Positions 8,995 through 21,789 of a stretch of DNA of 64,000 nucleotides are shown here, one piece after another. Every line of letters begins with the position of its first letter. Positions within the stretch are counted from its first letter, which is position 1. The position numbers and the translations under genes were made by a program. This DNA is from an uncultured Heliobacteriaceae bacterium (lineage in GTDB: Bacteria; Acidobacteriota; Blastocatellia; RBC074), in assembly GCA_964468345.1 (NCBI GenBank), contig CAYXVZ010000018.1, positions 28,277 to 92,276 of the forward strand. Direction: 5' to 3'. Below the pieces are notes generated by a model that had not been told where the DNA came from, ran no database searches, and saw only the letters and a list, made by a program, of their open reading frames with translations.

Positions 8995-9082
8995 AGAGAG
9001 TGGCGAGTGGCGAGTGGCGAGTGCTGAGTGGCGAGTGGCGACTGCAAACACTCGCCACTCGCCACTCGCCACTCGCCACTTT

Positions 9083-9085
<3 letters not shown>
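8995..9085. repeat. palindromic microsatellite: (GGCGAGT)n left arm and (ACTCGCC)n right arm
   Basis: Heptamer tandem repeats forming a hairpin between the glyQS stop (9083) and the uppP start (8993). Confidence 0.85.
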
Positions 9086-10795
<1,710 letters not shown>

Positions 10796-10943
10796 TGGTA
10801 CTTGCTGATTCCCTTCCGATCAATTGAAGCTCTTTGTGCAGGGTGAACGTGAAAGGCACAAAACGAAGGCGGGATATTAACAGAAGCAGATAGAGCAGCG
10901 CAATTTTATAGTTTGTGACACCACCTTCTTGAGTTACGAACTC

Positions 10944-10993
10944 TGAGCAATGCCGGGACCGCACGCAAGCCGCGCGCGGTCCCAGGCATTGCT
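10944..10993. repeat. 18-bp-stem hairpin overlapping the stop of the BNR-repeat gene
   Basis: GAGCAATGCCGGGACCGC / GCGGTCCCAGGCATTGCTC. Confidence 0.7.
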
Positions 10994-13900
10994 CATTGCA
11001 GAGGAGAGAGCGGCTCGCCCGGTTTGATGGGCGCGGCGCCCGCGGCCTCAACCATGCGGTTTAAATTCGGTACAGTTTCTGTAATCAACTTATTGATTTG
11101 TTCAATAATGGTATTCAACTGTCTTGTCAGTACCTGTACCTGTTCTTTTTGTTGCGCGGACGGCGCTTCCGTATACCCATCGATGGAAAAGAAAAGCTGC
11201 CGGACGCGCGGCAAAAGAATCGTCAAGCGTTCAGGATCGGGCGGGCCCGCAAATTCCTGCTGCACGGGCGTGAGCGTGGGCGGAAGCAGGCGGCGCTGCG
11301 CCTGTTCGACATCGGACTGGGTCGCATTCACGGCCAGAAAAATCTGCTCGGCGACCGCAGGCTGCTTTTTCAATGTTTCCTGCAAAGCGGTCAGCTCCTT
11401 TCGCAGTCCGGATAACGAACGCAGCGCATCGTTGGCCGACCGTTGCAGCCGATTGATGGCGAGCAAGGTATTTAAGCGAGCTTCGGCATCGGCCGGCGCG
11501 ATCTGAATGCGGGGATCTTCTTCAACGAGCACTGATTTCGACATTACCTCGCGACCATCGAAGCTCAGGCGGATTCGATATTCGCCGGGCAGGACGCGCG
11601 GGCCGGTGGCAAAACCGACAGAAGGCCCCGTGCCCGGCGCCGCCTGGGCAATTGGAAAGGGAGGTTGATGACGCAGATCCCAGACGGCGCGATGAAGGCC
11701 GGGTTCATTTTTCACGGACAAGATGTCATTCACCTTGTTGCCGGCGCGGTCATAAACGGCGATCTCCACTTTGGTTTTGGCTTTCTCGCGCAGGTAATAA
11801 TGAACGATCGCGCCGTTCGGCGGATTTTGCGCGATGAAGGTCTTGTTGCCGGTGCTGCCCTTGTGATTATTCAGACGCCACATCGTCGCCGGACGAACGT
11901 CGAACAAATGCGCCTCGGCGGCGGCAATGGATTCGGTCATCTGTTCGAAAGGCGTGATGTCATCGAGAATCCAGATGCTGCGGCCGTGCGTGCCGAGAAT
12001 CAAATCGTTTTCGCGCGGATGAATCGCAATATCATCCACCGGCACGGTGGGCAGGTTGTTCTTGATGCGCAGCCAGCTTCCGCCGCGATTGAAACTTGCC
12101 CAGAGGCCGAATTCCGTGCCGACGAACAACAGATTCGTGTTGCGGGGATGTTCGCGAATCACATTGGCGGGGTGCGGCAGGTTCGACGCGATCGCCTTCC
12201 ACGTCTCCCCGAAATCCTCGGTCACGAAGACATAAGGATTGAAATCATCGTTGCGATGTCCGTCCAGCGTCACATAGGCCCGACCTGCCGACGAAGCCGA
12301 CGCGATCACGCGCGTGACATAGGTATTTTTCGGAGCGCCCTGCATCCGGTCGATGACGTTCTTCCACGTCTTTCCGCCATCGCGCGACATCTGAACGTTT
12401 CCGTCGTCCGTGCCGACCCAGAGAACACTCTCTTTCACCGGTGATTCCGCGATCGTCACGATGTGGCCATAGCTATCCTGCCCGTCGTGCCGGGAGAGCG
12501 TGGGCAGCTTGCCCATGATTTCGATCTTGTCGCGGTCCAGATTCCTGGTCAGATCCGGCGTGATCACATCCCAGCTATCGCCGCGACTGTTCGAAATGAA
12601 CAGTCGATTGCCGCCCAGATAGATCCGCCGGTTGTTATGCGGCGAAATCACGATCGGCGCATTCCAATCAAACCGGTAGCGTTCTTTGGGCGCATCGCCG
12701 GGCCGCACGTCGGCCAGCGAGGGTTGCGGGCGAATGAATTTGCTCTCGCTCGTCGCCACGTTCAACCGCTGAATCATGCCGTTCTGCGATTCGACATAGA
12801 CCGTATTCGGATCTTTCGGATCGACCTGCGTATAAAATCCATCGCCGCCGCCGACGCGAACCCATTCGTCATTGCTGACGCCCGTCGCATTGAGCGTCGC
12901 CGAGGGGCTGCCCCAGCTTCCATTGTCCTGCAATCCGCCATAGACCCAGTACGGCTTGCGAAAATCGAAACCAACTTCATAAAACTGCCCGAGCGGAATC
13001 GTGTTCACATAGTCCCAGGTGCGGCCGCGGTCATAGGTGAAATGAATGCCGCCGTCCGAGCCGACAATCAGATGATTCGGATTCGCGGGATTGATCCACA
13101 AGGCGTGATAGTCGCCGTGAATGCGCCAGAGGATGCTGCCGGAATTCATATTCCGCCCGCCGTTTTCTGAAAGATACATATTGGCGCCGGCAACATAGAT
13201 TCGCTGGTCATTTTGCGGGTCGATGCGAATCTGGCTGTAATACATCGGGCGCGGATTGAGTTCATTCATCCGTTTCCATGTCGCGCCCTTGTCTTCGGAT
13301 CGGAACACGCCGCCCTGTGCGTGTTCATAAGTGACATACACGATTTTCGGATCTTTTCGATAAATGTCTATGCCGATGCGCCCCGCGTCTCCCTCGGGCA
13401 GGCCCCCGCCAACGCGCATCCAGCTTGCGCCGCCGTCCGTCGTTTTATACAGCCCGCTGCCCGGCCCGCCGCCATTGAATCCGAACGGCGTTCGCCGCCG
13501 CTGATAGGCGGCCGCATACAATGTATCGGGCGCTTCCGGATCCATCGCGACATCGATGAAGCCGGTGTCTTCATCGATGAATTTCGTATTGATCCATGTC
13601 TTTCCGCCATCGGTGGTTTTATAAAGCCCGCGCTCTTTGTTGGCCCCCCAGAGATGGCCCGCGGCCGCGACATAAACGATGTCGGGATTGGTGGGATGGA
13701 TGACGATGCGGCCGATATGATGGGAATCCTTCAATCCCATATTGGTCCAGGTCTTGCCGCCGTCGATCGATTTATAAACGCCGTTTCCCCACGAAGAGCT
13801 TTGCCGGTTGTTGGCTTCGCCGGTGCCGACCCAGACGATCTCGGGATTGGAGGGCGCAATCGTCACATCGCCGATCGAGCTGTGCGATTCGTTGTCGAAA

Positions 13901-14160
13901 AGCGGCTCCCAGGTCGTGCCGTTGTTGATGGTCTTCCATAGACCGCCGGATGCGGTCGCGGCATAAATGATGTGCGGATTGTTTTCGACCACCGCGAAAT
14001 CATCGATTCGCCCGCCCATAATGGCCGGCCCGATCGGCCGGAAGAGCATCGATCGAAAGAGCGCATCGTTGATGCGGCTTTCCTGTGCAACTGCAGGAAG
14101 CGCGCAAACGACGAGAAGGAGCAAAGACAGAGCTTGCACAAGGTGATGTTTCTTCATCAT
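10993..14160 (-). CDS. secreted BNR/Asp-box repeat protein (sortilin/VPS10-like or sialidase-like beta-propeller, ~1055 aa)
   Basis: N-terminal signal peptide (MMKKHHLVQALSLLLLVVCALPAVAQ). More than 10 S-x-D-x-G-x-T-W Asp-box motifs (DGGKTW, DGGASW, DKGATW, NGTTW). Confidence 0.85.
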   Translation of the reverse strand: MMKKHHLVQALSLLLLVVCALPAVAQESRINDALFRSMLFRPIGPAIMGGRIDDFAVVENNPHIIYAATASGGLWKTINNGTTWEPLFDNESHSSIGDVTIAPSNPEIVWVGTGEANNRQSSSWGNGVYKSIDGGKTWTNMGLKDSHHIGRIVIHPTNPDIVYVAAAGHLWGANKERGLYKTTDGGKTWINTKFIDEDTGFIDVAMDPEAPDTLYAAAYQRRRTPFGFNGGGPGSGLYKTTDGGASWMRVGGGLPEGDAGRIGIDIYRKDPKIVYVTYEHAQGGVFRSEDKGATWKRMNELNPRPMYYSQIRIDPQNDQRIYVAGANMYLSENGGRNMNSGSILWRIHGDYHALWINPANPNHLIVGSDGGIHFTYDRGRTWDYVNTIPLGQFYEVGFDFRKPYWVYGGLQDNGSWGSPSATLNATGVSNDEWVRVGGGDGFYTQVDPKDPNTVYVESQNGMIQRLNVATSESKFIRPQPSLADVRPGDAPKERYRFDWNAPIVISPHNNRRIYLGGNRLFISNSRGDSWDVITPDLTRNLDRDKIEIMGKLPTLSRHDGQDSYGHIVTIAESPVKESVLWVGTDDGNVQMSRDGGKTWKNVIDRMQGAPKNTYVTRVIASASSAGRAYVTLDGHRNDDFNPYVFVTEDFGETWKAIASNLPHPANVIREHPRNTNLLFVGTEFGLWASFNRGGSWLRIKNNLPTVPVDDIAIHPRENDLILGTHGRSIWILDDITPFEQMTESIAAAEAHLFDVRPATMWRLNNHKGSTGNKTFIAQNPPNGAIVHYYLREKAKTKVEIAVYDRAGNKVNDILSVKNEPGLHRAVWDLRHQPPFPIAQAAPGTGPSVGFATGPRVLPGEYRIRLSFDGREVMSKSVLVEEDPRIQIAPADAEARLNTLLAINRLQRSANDALRSLSGLRKELTALQETLKKQPAVAEQIFLAVNATQSDVEQAQRRLLPPTLTPVQQEFAGPPDPERLTILLPRVRQLFFSIDGYTEAPSAQQKEQVQVLTRQLNTIIEQINKLITETVPNLNRMVEAAGAAPIKPGEPLSPLQ

Positions 14161-14189
14161 TCAATAACCTATTTCACTTCACCTGTGAT

Positions 14190-14206
14190 GCAGGTTCCCA
14201 ACCTGC
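14190..14206. promoter_or_regulatory. palindrome GCAGGTT-N3-AACCTGC (copy 1)
   Basis: Identical core repeated 70 bp away (14260..14276) in the 130-bp gap between DAHP synthase and the BNR gene. Candidate dimeric-regulator site. Confidence 0.3.
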
Positions 14207-14259
14207 TTCACCATCGCCACTGATTTCTTGAAGTAAGCTTTATCTCTTTCATAGATGGT

Positions 14260-14276
14260 GCAGGTTGAGAACCTGC
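14260..14276. promoter_or_regulatory. palindrome GCAGGTT-N3-AACCTGC (copy 2)
   Basis: Same 7-3-7 palindrome. Flanks extend the symmetry to ~11 bp. Confidence 0.3.
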
Positions 14277-14291
14277 GCCACGCGAGGAGGA

Positions 14292-15302
14292 TTAAACCCG
14301 GCGAACGATTTTATCGATCGCCCGGACTTCCTGAGTCATTTCGCGGAACATATCGAAGAGCAGCGCCTGCGGTCCGTCGCAGAGCGCGCGTTCGGGATAG
14401 GGATGCACATCGACGAGCAGGCCGTCGGCGCCCGCGGCCACGGCTGCGCGCGCCATGGGGATGACGGTTTCGCGGCGGCCCGTGCTGTGACTGGGATCGA
14501 AGATGATCGGCAGATGCGATAGATGCTGCGCCGCGGGAATGATCGACAGATCGGGCGTAAAGCGCGCATGGCTGCCGAAGGTGCGCACGCCGCGCTCGCA
14601 GAGAATCACCTGATAATTTCCCTCGGCCATAATGTATTCGGCCGCGAGCAGAAACTCCTCGAGCGTGGAGGACATGCCGCGTTTGAGCAGGATGGGCTTT
14701 CGCGCCTGCCCGGCCCGGCGCAACAGGCTGAAATTCTGCATATTGCGCGTCCCGATCTGAATGACATCGGCATATTCCTCGCAAAGATCGAGCGCCGATT
14801 CATCGACGGCCTCGGTCACGATGCGCAGGCCGAATCGATCGCGAACATCCGCGAGAATTTTCAGCCCTTCTTCCGCGAGGCCTTGAAACGCATAGGGCGA
14901 GGTCCGCGGCTTGAAGGCGCCGCCGCGAAACCATTTGCAGCCGAGTTCGGCCACGACCTCAGCGGTCAGCATGGTTTGCTCGCGCGATTCCACCGCGCAA
15001 ACGCCCGCGATGATGGCGACTTCGTTGCCCCCGATTTCCGCTTCGCCGATGCGAATCACGGATTTGTCATGTTTCAGATCGCGCCCGACCAGCTTATACG
15101 GCTTCGTCACCCGTACGCATTCGGCGACGCCGGGCAGATCGGAAAAAGGCGACGGATCGATCGGCCCTGAATTGCCCGTCAGGCCGATGGCTGTTCGATT
15201 GGCGCCCGGCATGGGATGCGCCTTGAACCCAATGGCTTCGATCGTGTGGACGACACGTTCTATATCAGCTTCGGTCGCCTCGGGGGTCATCACAATCAAC
15301 AT
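14292..15302 (-). CDS. 3-deoxy-7-phosphoheptulonate (DAHP) synthase, type I-beta with N-terminal regulatory domain
   Basis: KDO8PS/DAHPS-family motifs ([25 protein letters not shown]). 1-nt overlap with the argS stop. Confidence 0.9.
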   Translation of the reverse strand: MLIVMTPEATEADIERVVHTIEAIGFKAHPMPGANRTAIGLTGNSGPIDPSPFSDLPGVAECVRVTKPYKLVGRDLKHDKSVIRIGEAEIGGNEVAIIAGVCAVESREQTMLTAEVVAELGCKWFRGGAFKPRTSPYAFQGLAEEGLKILADVRDRFGLRIVTEAVDESALDLCEEYADVIQIGTRNMQNFSLLRRAGQARKPILLKRGMSSTLEEFLLAAEYIMAEGNYQVILCERGVRTFGSHARFTPDLSIIPAAQHLSHLPIIFDPSHSTGRRETVIPMARAAVAAGADGLLVDVHPYPERALCDGPQALLFDMFREMTQEVRAIDKIVRRV

Positions 15303-17305
15303 TACATTTTCTCCGGCGTTTCAATGCCCAGCAGGGCCAGCGATTGTTCCAGCCGGCAGCGCACGACATCCGCCAGGAGCAGCAGCATCGTCTTCCGCGC
15401 GGCGTTCTCTTCACTCAGAATGTGAAAATCGTGGTAAAACACATTGAACTGCTTCGCCAGTTGAAATGCATATTTGGCGACATGCGTCGGTTCGAATCCC
15501 GCGGCCGCAACCTGCAAAACATCATCCAGGCGCAAGGCAAAGTACACCAGAGACCAGAGATCGTTTCCTGCCTCGCCCTCGAAAAACGCTGCTTTATCAT
15601 CCGCCCCGAGCGTGGCGAATTCCTCACGAATCTCTTCCGGTTTTCTGCCGAGTTTGCGAAAGATGTTGCCCGCGCGCACGGCCGAATATTGAATGTACGG
15701 GCCGGCCTCTCCCTCGAAGCTCAGGGCCTCCTTGAAATCGAAGGCAATAATCGAAGTTCGGGTGTATTTGAGCAGGAAGTATCGAAGTGCCGCTACTGCC
15801 ACCTGATGAGCAATCTGCTGTTGCGCGCTTAGATCCAGCTCCGGATTGCGCGCCTGAACTTCAACCAGCGCGCTCGCTTCGAGGCGATCGATCAGGTCGT
15901 CGGCCTTGACGCCCAGGCCCTTGCGGCCGGACATCGAGACGGCGCCTTCGGCATCCACGCCCAGTTCCCTGGCGGCGTCGGGGCTCAGGGTGACTTTTTC
16001 ATAGGCAAGATGCGCGCTGCGCGCGACGCGCTCATCGTGATCGATGGCCATCACGCCCTTTTTCACGTTGGCCTGCGGATAGGACTGGCCCACATCGATG
16101 ACGTTCAAAAACGCCGTGCCGTTGCCGAACAGCGGACGCGTTTCGCCCGGCTCGCCCTCTTTCGGCGACGTGATCCAGACGAGGTTGCCGTAATGATTGG
16201 TGCGCAGCTTCCGGTAATGAAAATCGAGCCCCAGCTTGCCGAGCTTCCACAGGTGATACGCGATGTCCTTGCCGGTGTAAGTCACGGTGGCGTTCGATCG
16301 AACGATGATCTTATCGGCATCATGCTCTTCCGATTTCGAATTTGAAATTTGAGCTTCTTCTTCCGCCTTCATCACCCAGCAGCCTTTATTGCGCCCTTCG
16401 GTTTCATACACGATCGCGCCGGCGGACTTGAGCTTTTCGAAGGCGTGCGCCCAGAAATGCAGGTGCAGAATCTCGCTTTCGCGCGCAAGCAGGTCATAGC
16501 TGATATCGAGCCGCGCCATCGTGTCGAGATGGCAGTCGACGATTTTCGAAGAGATATATTCGCCGATGGCGGCCGTGTCATTTCCGCCCGCTTCGATTTC
16601 ATGCAAGGTTTTCGCGCGCAGTTCGAGACGCGTCTTGTCCTCTTCGTACCATTGCCCGACGCGGGCATACAGATCCCAGCAATAATAGTCGAAGCTCTCT
16701 TCGCGCTTCGTCACCGGTCGTTCGGCGATTTGCCGGATGGCATCGAGAGACAGGTTTTCGAGATGCAGAAAGCCGACCACGACATCCGCCACCTGCACGC
16801 CGGTATTATCAATATAGTTGTGAACTTCGACCGATTCGCCCGTGGCCTTGAGGATGCGAATCATAGTGTCGCCCAGCACGGCGTTGCGGACGTGGCCGAT
16901 GTGCGCGGCCTTGTTCGGATTGATCGAAGTGTGCTCGACGATCAATTTGCCCGCGCGACGATCGGGCCGCGGCTGCGCGGCGACGGTCGCGACCAATTGC
17001 TGAAACACCTCGGGGCGATGAAAGAAGACGTTGAGATAGCCGGCGCCGGCCACCTCGACGCGCGCAACGCCGGGAACTTCGCGCAGCCCTTCGGCCAGCG
17101 CGGTCGCCAGTTCACGCGGATTTTTCTTTTCCCCCGTGGCGGCCTTGAGCCGCTTGGCCAGCTCGAACGCAACCGGGAAGGCCAGATCGCCGAGTTCGGT
17201 CTTGGGCGGGACTTCCATAGCAACGTCTTCGATTTCCAGTGCATACTTTTCGCGCACGAGCGAGAGAAGCTGCTGTTTGATTTCATTCGCCTTTGAGCTG
17301 GGCAT
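15302..17305 (-). CDS. argS: arginine--tRNA ligase
   Basis: 667 aa. HIGH-type motif (AAHIGHVRN). Full-length ArgRS similarity. Confidence 0.93.
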   Translation of the reverse strand: MPSSKANEIKQQLLSLVREKYALEIEDVAMEVPPKTELGDLAFPVAFELAKRLKAATGEKKNPRELATALAEGLREVPGVARVEVAGAGYLNVFFHRPEVFQQLVATVAAQPRPDRRAGKLIVEHTSINPNKAAHIGHVRNAVLGDTMIRILKATGESVEVHNYIDNTGVQVADVVVGFLHLENLSLDAIRQIAERPVTKREESFDYYCWDLYARVGQWYEEDKTRLELRAKTLHEIEAGGNDTAAIGEYISSKIVDCHLDTMARLDISYDLLARESEILHLHFWAHAFEKLKSAGAIVYETEGRNKGCWVMKAEEEAQISNSKSEEHDADKIIVRSNATVTYTGKDIAYHLWKLGKLGLDFHYRKLRTNHYGNLVWITSPKEGEPGETRPLFGNGTAFLNVIDVGQSYPQANVKKGVMAIDHDERVARSAHLAYEKVTLSPDAARELGVDAEGAVSMSGRKGLGVKADDLIDRLEASALVEVQARNPELDLSAQQQIAHQVAVAALRYFLLKYTRTSIIAFDFKEALSFEGEAGPYIQYSAVRAGNIFRKLGRKPEEIREEFATLGADDKAAFFEGEAGNDLWSLVYFALRLDDVLQVAAAGFEPTHVAKYAFQLAKQFNVFYHDFHILSEENAARKTMLLLLADVVRCRLEQSLALLGIETPEKM

Positions 17306-17539
17306 ATGTAAATAGAGTTCCTTGCCGATAAGAGGTATGGATCCTGCGTTCGAAGAAGCGGATCGAAGAAACGCTGTCTATAGCACCTTTTTCGATCCGG
17401 GGTCAAACCGCGAATCCTACAAACGCAACGCGTTTATTAACCGCAGCCAATTCCCGACAATCCGGGCGCGCGCTTGCGGCCATCAATGCCGCAGCGTACA
17501 ATTCGGCGTTGCTTGTGACTCAAAAATCAAATCGACGAT

Positions 17540-18523
17540 TTGTTTATGAAAATTACGCTTATTGCGATTGCTGGATTGTTGCTCAGCGTCGCTCTTGTCG
17601 GCTGCAGCCGATCGAAGTCTTTGCTGTCAGGTTCCCGCGATGATTCGTCCCCTGTCATTGTCGAGATCAACGGGAATCCTGAAAACCTCGCGACCTTTGA
17701 GAGATTCATCAAGGCGCGGCTTTCCGATTTTGCCGATCAGAGCGCCCAGCCGCAATCGGCCGTCGATGAACAGCGAAGCCGGTTGCTGGACGAATTCGTC
17801 CGCCGCCAGCTCATCCTGCAGGAAGCCGTTAAACAAAACATCGAGCCGACGGATGAGGAAATCCGCCGCGCGCTGGAAGAGCAACACAAACAGACCAGCT
17901 CTCAATCCTCGGACCAGAACCTTCCGACGCTCGAAGCCAGCGAGCGAAGAGAAGAAATCTTTAACGACCTGCGCAGCCTGAAATTTTACGAGACCGTCGT
18001 TCTCAAGGGAGCCTCGGTGACGCCGCAGGAAATCGAAGAGTATTACAAGAAAAATTCAGATCACTACCAGGGAAAGAACGGATTTCTCGTTCGCGAAATC
18101 CGCGTATTCGAAGGCCCGCAGGCGCAGCAGATTTATAAACAGGCGCTGGCCAAGCCCGATGATTTCGGCGTGCTCGCCAAGCAGTATTCCGAGGCGCCGA
18201 CCAAGGAAAACGGCGGCCTGATTTATTATGAAGCGCAGCAGTTGCCCAAGGTGCTGGAAGAAGCGATCACGCCGCTGAAAGTCGGATCGATCAGCAAGGT
18301 CGTGCAATCCAATTACGGCTTTCATATTTTCAAGCTCGAGCGACGGGCCGAGCCGCTGCCGCTGGACAAGGTCCAGAAGGAAATCGAAGGCAAGCTGCTC
18401 AGCGAACGGAATCAGGGACTGATCGATCAATTCAATCAACGCGTTGTCAACTCCGCAAAGATCAATATTTTTCGGGACAAACTGGGCTTCAAGTATGTCG
18501 GCAGCCTGGGCGCGGGCTCATAA
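17540..18523 (+). CDS. SurA-like periplasmic chaperone / parvulin-type peptidyl-prolyl isomerase (lipoprotein)
   Basis: Lipobox LVGC. Parvulin domain (GFLVREIRV...NYGFHIFKLE). Confidence 0.8.
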   Translation: MFMKITLIAIAGLLLSVALVGCSRSKSLLSGSRDDSSPVIVEINGNPENLATFERFIKARLSDFADQSAQPQSAVDEQRSRLLDEFVRRQLILQEAVKQNIEPTDEEIRRALEEQHKQTSSQSSDQNLPTLEASERREEIFNDLRSLKFYETVVLKGASVTPQEIEEYYKKNSDHYQGKNGFLVREIRVFEGPQAQQIYKQALAKPDDFGVLAKQYSEAPTKENGGLIYYEAQQLPKVLEEAITPLKVGSISKVVQSNYGFHIFKLERRAEPLPLDKVQKEIEGKLLSERNQGLIDQFNQRVVNSAKINIFRDKLGFKYVGSLGAGS

Positions 18524-18687
18524 AACGGCGCAAACCGATTGGATTGGCGCGTTCATGGAAGGCAGATCGATACTTCGGCGCGCGGACAAGAATAATCACA
18601 GCTTGCTGGAAAGTCGCAAAAGGAGTTCCATCAAGGATGCCTCTGCAACCGCGGAGGCGGCTGCAGACGACAAGGGAGTAGTTTCAT

Positions 18688-19836
18688 ATGAAAAAGATGC
18701 ATTTGCTTGCACTGCTGGGAATCGCCCTTCTGTGCGCCCCGCTTTTGGGGCGAACCGCCCTCGCACAGGAAAGCGATGCCAAATTGATCGATGAAGTCAT
18801 CGCCCGCGTCAACACGGGCGTGATTATGCGCTCGTCTTATGATGCGGCGCTGCGCGAAGTGCTGGAAGAACTGAAAAAACAGAACCTGAAACCCGAGGAA
18901 CTGGAAAAGCAGTTCGGCGAGTGGAAAGTGCGCGTGCTCGACGAATTGATCAATACGCAATTGCTGGCACAGCGGGCAAAGGATCTTTCGATCAACGTCG
19001 ATGCCGACGTCAACCAGCAGTTGTTGCGCCTGATGAAAGACAACAATTGCGAATCGATCGAATGCCTGGGCCAGAAAATGCGCGAAGCCGGCTATGACAT
19101 CGAAGACGTGCGCCGTAACCTGACCGAACAGTATTCGAAGCAGCGCGTGATCAGCAACGAAGTGTACATGAAGCTTTTCCGCAACATTACGGAAAAAGAG
19201 CGCCGCGACTTTTACGAAAAGAACAAACAGTATTTCACCGAGCCGGCGGAGGTCACGCTGAGCAATATCTTTATTCCCTTCGGAAAGGATTCGGTGCAGG
19301 CGCTGGTGAAGATCAAAGAGATCGCCACCCAGGCCAAGAGCGGCGCGGTGGATTTTGCAACGCTGGCGGAGAAATACTCCGAAACGGAAAACGGCAAAAA
19401 GTCCAAAGGGCTGCTCGGTTCGTTCAAATTATCGGACCTCGCGCCGGAAGTGAAAGCCGCGGTGGAAAACGCGGCGGCCGGCACGATCACCGATCCCGTC
19501 AAGCTCGACACCGGCTTTGCGCTGTTCCGCGTCGATACGCGCAAGGATTCCAAGGCGGTCGCCTTTGAAGACGAACGCGTGCAGGGCGCCATCTCGGAAG
19601 CGCTGGTCAAGGAAGGCTCGGAAAAACAGATCGATGAATACCTGGGCCGCCTGCGCAACGATGCGTTCATCGAAATCGATCCTCGCTATCAGTTCGAAGC
19701 CTCGAAAGTGAAATCGGCCCAGATCCGGCACACGCCGTACTCGGAAGACAACGCCAAGAAGAAGAAGAAAGAAAAGAAAGAAAAAGAGAAAGAGCAGAAA
19801 GAAGCCGACAAGGCCACTGCCAATAACAAACAGTAA
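18688..19836 (+). CDS. SurA-like chaperone / parvulin PPIase, paralog 2, with lysine-rich C-terminal tail
   Basis: Signal peptide. SurA N-domain plus parvulin domain. Tail KKKKKEKKEKEKEQKEADK. Confidence 0.8.
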   Translation: MKKMHLLALLGIALLCAPLLGRTALAQESDAKLIDEVIARVNTGVIMRSSYDAALREVLEELKKQNLKPEELEKQFGEWKVRVLDELINTQLLAQRAKDLSINVDADVNQQLLRLMKDNNCESIECLGQKMREAGYDIEDVRRNLTEQYSKQRVISNEVYMKLFRNITEKERRDFYEKNKQYFTEPAEVTLSNIFIPFGKDSVQALVKIKEIATQAKSGAVDFATLAEKYSETENGKKSKGLLGSFKLSDLAPEVKAAVENAAAGTITDPVKLDTGFALFRVDTRKDSKAVAFEDERVQGAISEALVKEGSEKQIDEYLGRLRNDAFIEIDPRYQFEASKVKSAQIRHTPYSEDNAKKKKKEKKEKEKEQKEADKATANNKQ

Positions 19837-19854
19837 CAGGAATTTCACCATATA

Positions 19855-19904
19855 AACCGAAAAGGAGACGATGCGGCCGGCGCCGTTTCGTCTCCTTTTC
19901 GGTT
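19855..19904 (+). terminator. 17-bp perfect hairpin (AACCGAAAAGGAGACGA) after surA-2
   Basis: Arms 19855-19871 and 19888-19904. No clear U-tract. Confidence 0.5.
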
Positions 19905-19922
19905 GTTCGCAGCCGGTGAGTT

Positions 19923-21077
19923 ATGGAAAAAATATTTATCGGAGATTTCACCCCCAATCAAACCGTCAGCACGACATTTCTGGTCAAATCGAAAGAGCTG
20001 AGAAACAAAAAAACCGGGGGACAGTTTGCGCTGATCACCTTTTCCGACAAAACCGGCGATATCGTCGGGCAATGGTGGGACAATTTCGAGGATTCGATCG
20101 ACACCTTCGATCGGGATGACGTCGTGTTCGCCCGCGGCCAGGTGACGGTCTATCGCAACCATCTGCAGCTCTCGATCCATCGCGTCCGCCTGTGTCAGCC
20201 GCACGAAGTCAATCTGGATCATTATTTCCCCACGACGCGCTATAACGTCGAGGAAATGTTCGCGGAGTTGATGGAGATCATCCGCGGATTTAAAAATCCC
20301 TTCCTGCGAACCCTGCTCGAAAACATCTTCGCGGACGAAACCACGGCGCAAAAATTCAAAAAGGCCCCCGCGGCCAAAACGATGCATCACCCCTATCTCG
20401 GCGGCCTGCTCGAACATTCGCTTTCGCTGGTCAAGCTGGCGCGCAAGGTGGGCGGCCATTATGAGGGCATCGATCTGGACCTGCTGCAGACGGGTGCGGT
20501 GCTGCACGATTTCGGCAAGATCGATGAGCTCTCCTATGAACGCGGCTTCGGTTATACGAATGACGGGCAAATGATCGGCCATCTGGTGATGGAAACGATC
20601 ATGGTGTCGGAACACATCGCGCGCATTCCCGGCTTTCCCGAAGACCTGCGCCGCCATTTGCTGCATATGCTGCTGACTCATCACGGCAAACTGGAATACG
20701 GTTCGCCCAAACTGCCGAGCACGCCCGAAGCTCTTATGCTGGCTTATCTGGATGATCTCGACTCCAAGGTCGAAGCCATGCAGCGCCTGATTGCCGAACC
20801 GCACCAGACGACAGATTGGACGCGCATCTCTCCGATGTTCGAACGGCCCATTTACCGCAATCGCACAATTTCGGACGGCGCGTCGGCGACTCCACCGCCG
20901 GACATGGCGGCGAGCGCGGCCTCGCAGTCTTCGGGCCCGTCTTCCGCCCAGTCTTCAGGAGGCTCATCCGGCAGCAAGCCCGCGCAAGGGGAGCGCAAAT
21001 CGGCGCAACGGCCCGGCAGCTTCAACAATCCCTTTGCGGGCCTCGCGGATTTGATCAAAGACGAGGAATCCTCTTGA
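19923..21077 (+). CDS. YhaM-like 3'-5' exoribonuclease (OB-fold plus HD domain)
   Basis: N-terminal OB fold. HD motif (HHPYLGGLLEHS...LHDFGK). Low-complexity S/A/G-rich C-terminal tail. Confidence 0.8.
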   Translation: MEKIFIGDFTPNQTVSTTFLVKSKELRNKKTGGQFALITFSDKTGDIVGQWWDNFEDSIDTFDRDDVVFARGQVTVYRNHLQLSIHRVRLCQPHEVNLDHYFPTTRYNVEEMFAELMEIIRGFKNPFLRTLLENIFADETTAQKFKKAPAAKTMHHPYLGGLLEHSLSLVKLARKVGGHYEGIDLDLLQTGAVLHDFGKIDELSYERGFGYTNDGQMIGHLVMETIMVSEHIARIPGFPEDLRRHLLHMLLTHHGKLEYGSPKLPSTPEALMLAYLDDLDSKVEAMQRLIAEPHQTTDWTRISPMFERPIYRNRTISDGASATPPPDMAASAASQSSGPSSAQSSGGSSGSKPAQGERKSAQRPGSFNNPFAGLADLIKDEESS

Positions 21078-21157
21078 TTGCCCCGTCCGGATCGGGCAAT
21101 CTATCCCTTTCATCGCCACGCACTACAGAATCTCTTTTTCCAGGAGCAGACCGCATC

Positions 21158-21784
21158 ATGATTTCCGGAATACTTCTCGCGGCCGGAGAATCGAGCAGAA
21201 TGAAAGGCTCGTTCAAGCCCCTTTTGAAATGGGGCAAACGGACGGTTGTCGGTGAATGCGTTCACCAGATGGTCCATTCGAAACTGGGCGATATCTTCGT
21301 CGTCCTCGGACATCGGGAATTGGACATCCGCACGCGCCTGGCCGGCACAGGCGTTCAATACGCGATCAATGAAGACTATAAACGAGGCATGCTCACGTCG
21401 GTGAAAACCGGCCTGTCGGCGCTCGGCCCCAACTCGGACGCCGCGCTGATCCACCTGGTCGACCAGCCCATGGTCAGCAGCGACATTTTCAATACCCTGA
21501 TCGCCGCCTTTGAAAAAAACGGCAAGGGAATCGTCCTGCCCGTCTTCCAGGGCAAGCATGGACATCCGATTATCATCGCCTCGAAGTACTTCGACGACGT
21601 CATGCAGCTCGAAGACGACGCGCCGGGCGGCCTGAAGGCCTTTATCGACGCGCATCGCGATGACCTCGAAGAGGTCCCGGTCCAGACCAGCGCCGTCCTC
21701 GAAGACATCGACGTCCCCGAAGACTATTCCCGCCTGAGCCAGAAGGTGGAACCGATTTATGAGTTCCATAAGTGGCATCCGTAA
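21158..21784 (+). CDS. MobA/MocA-like nucleotidyltransferase (molybdenum-cofactor nucleotidyl transferase family)
   Basis: GILLAAGESSRMKGSFKPL matches the NTP-transferase P-loop-like motif. Start at ATG 21158. Confidence 0.78.
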   Translation: MISGILLAAGESSRMKGSFKPLLKWGKRTVVGECVHQMVHSKLGDIFVVLGHRELDIRTRLAGTGVQYAINEDYKRGMLTSVKTGLSALGPNSDAALIHLVDQPMVSSDIFNTLIAAFEKNGKGIVLPVFQGKHGHPIIIASKYFDDVMQLEDDAPGGLKAFIDAHRDDLEEVPVQTSAVLEDIDVPEDYSRLSQKVEPIYEFHKWHP

Positions 21785-21789
21785 AGCAG

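Noticed and set aside
8994-9065. N-terminal 24-codon extension of the uppP ORF (MASGECLQSPLATQHSPLATRHSL)
   Set aside because: Encoded by the (GGCGAGT)n palindromic repeat. The conserved UppP N-terminus begins at Met 8993.
15470-15500. tRNA-like T-arm motif GGTTCGAATCC followed by GCGGCCGCAACC
   Set aside because: Lies inside the argS coding sequence. Flanking sequence cannot form acceptor, D or anticodon stems. Coincidental.
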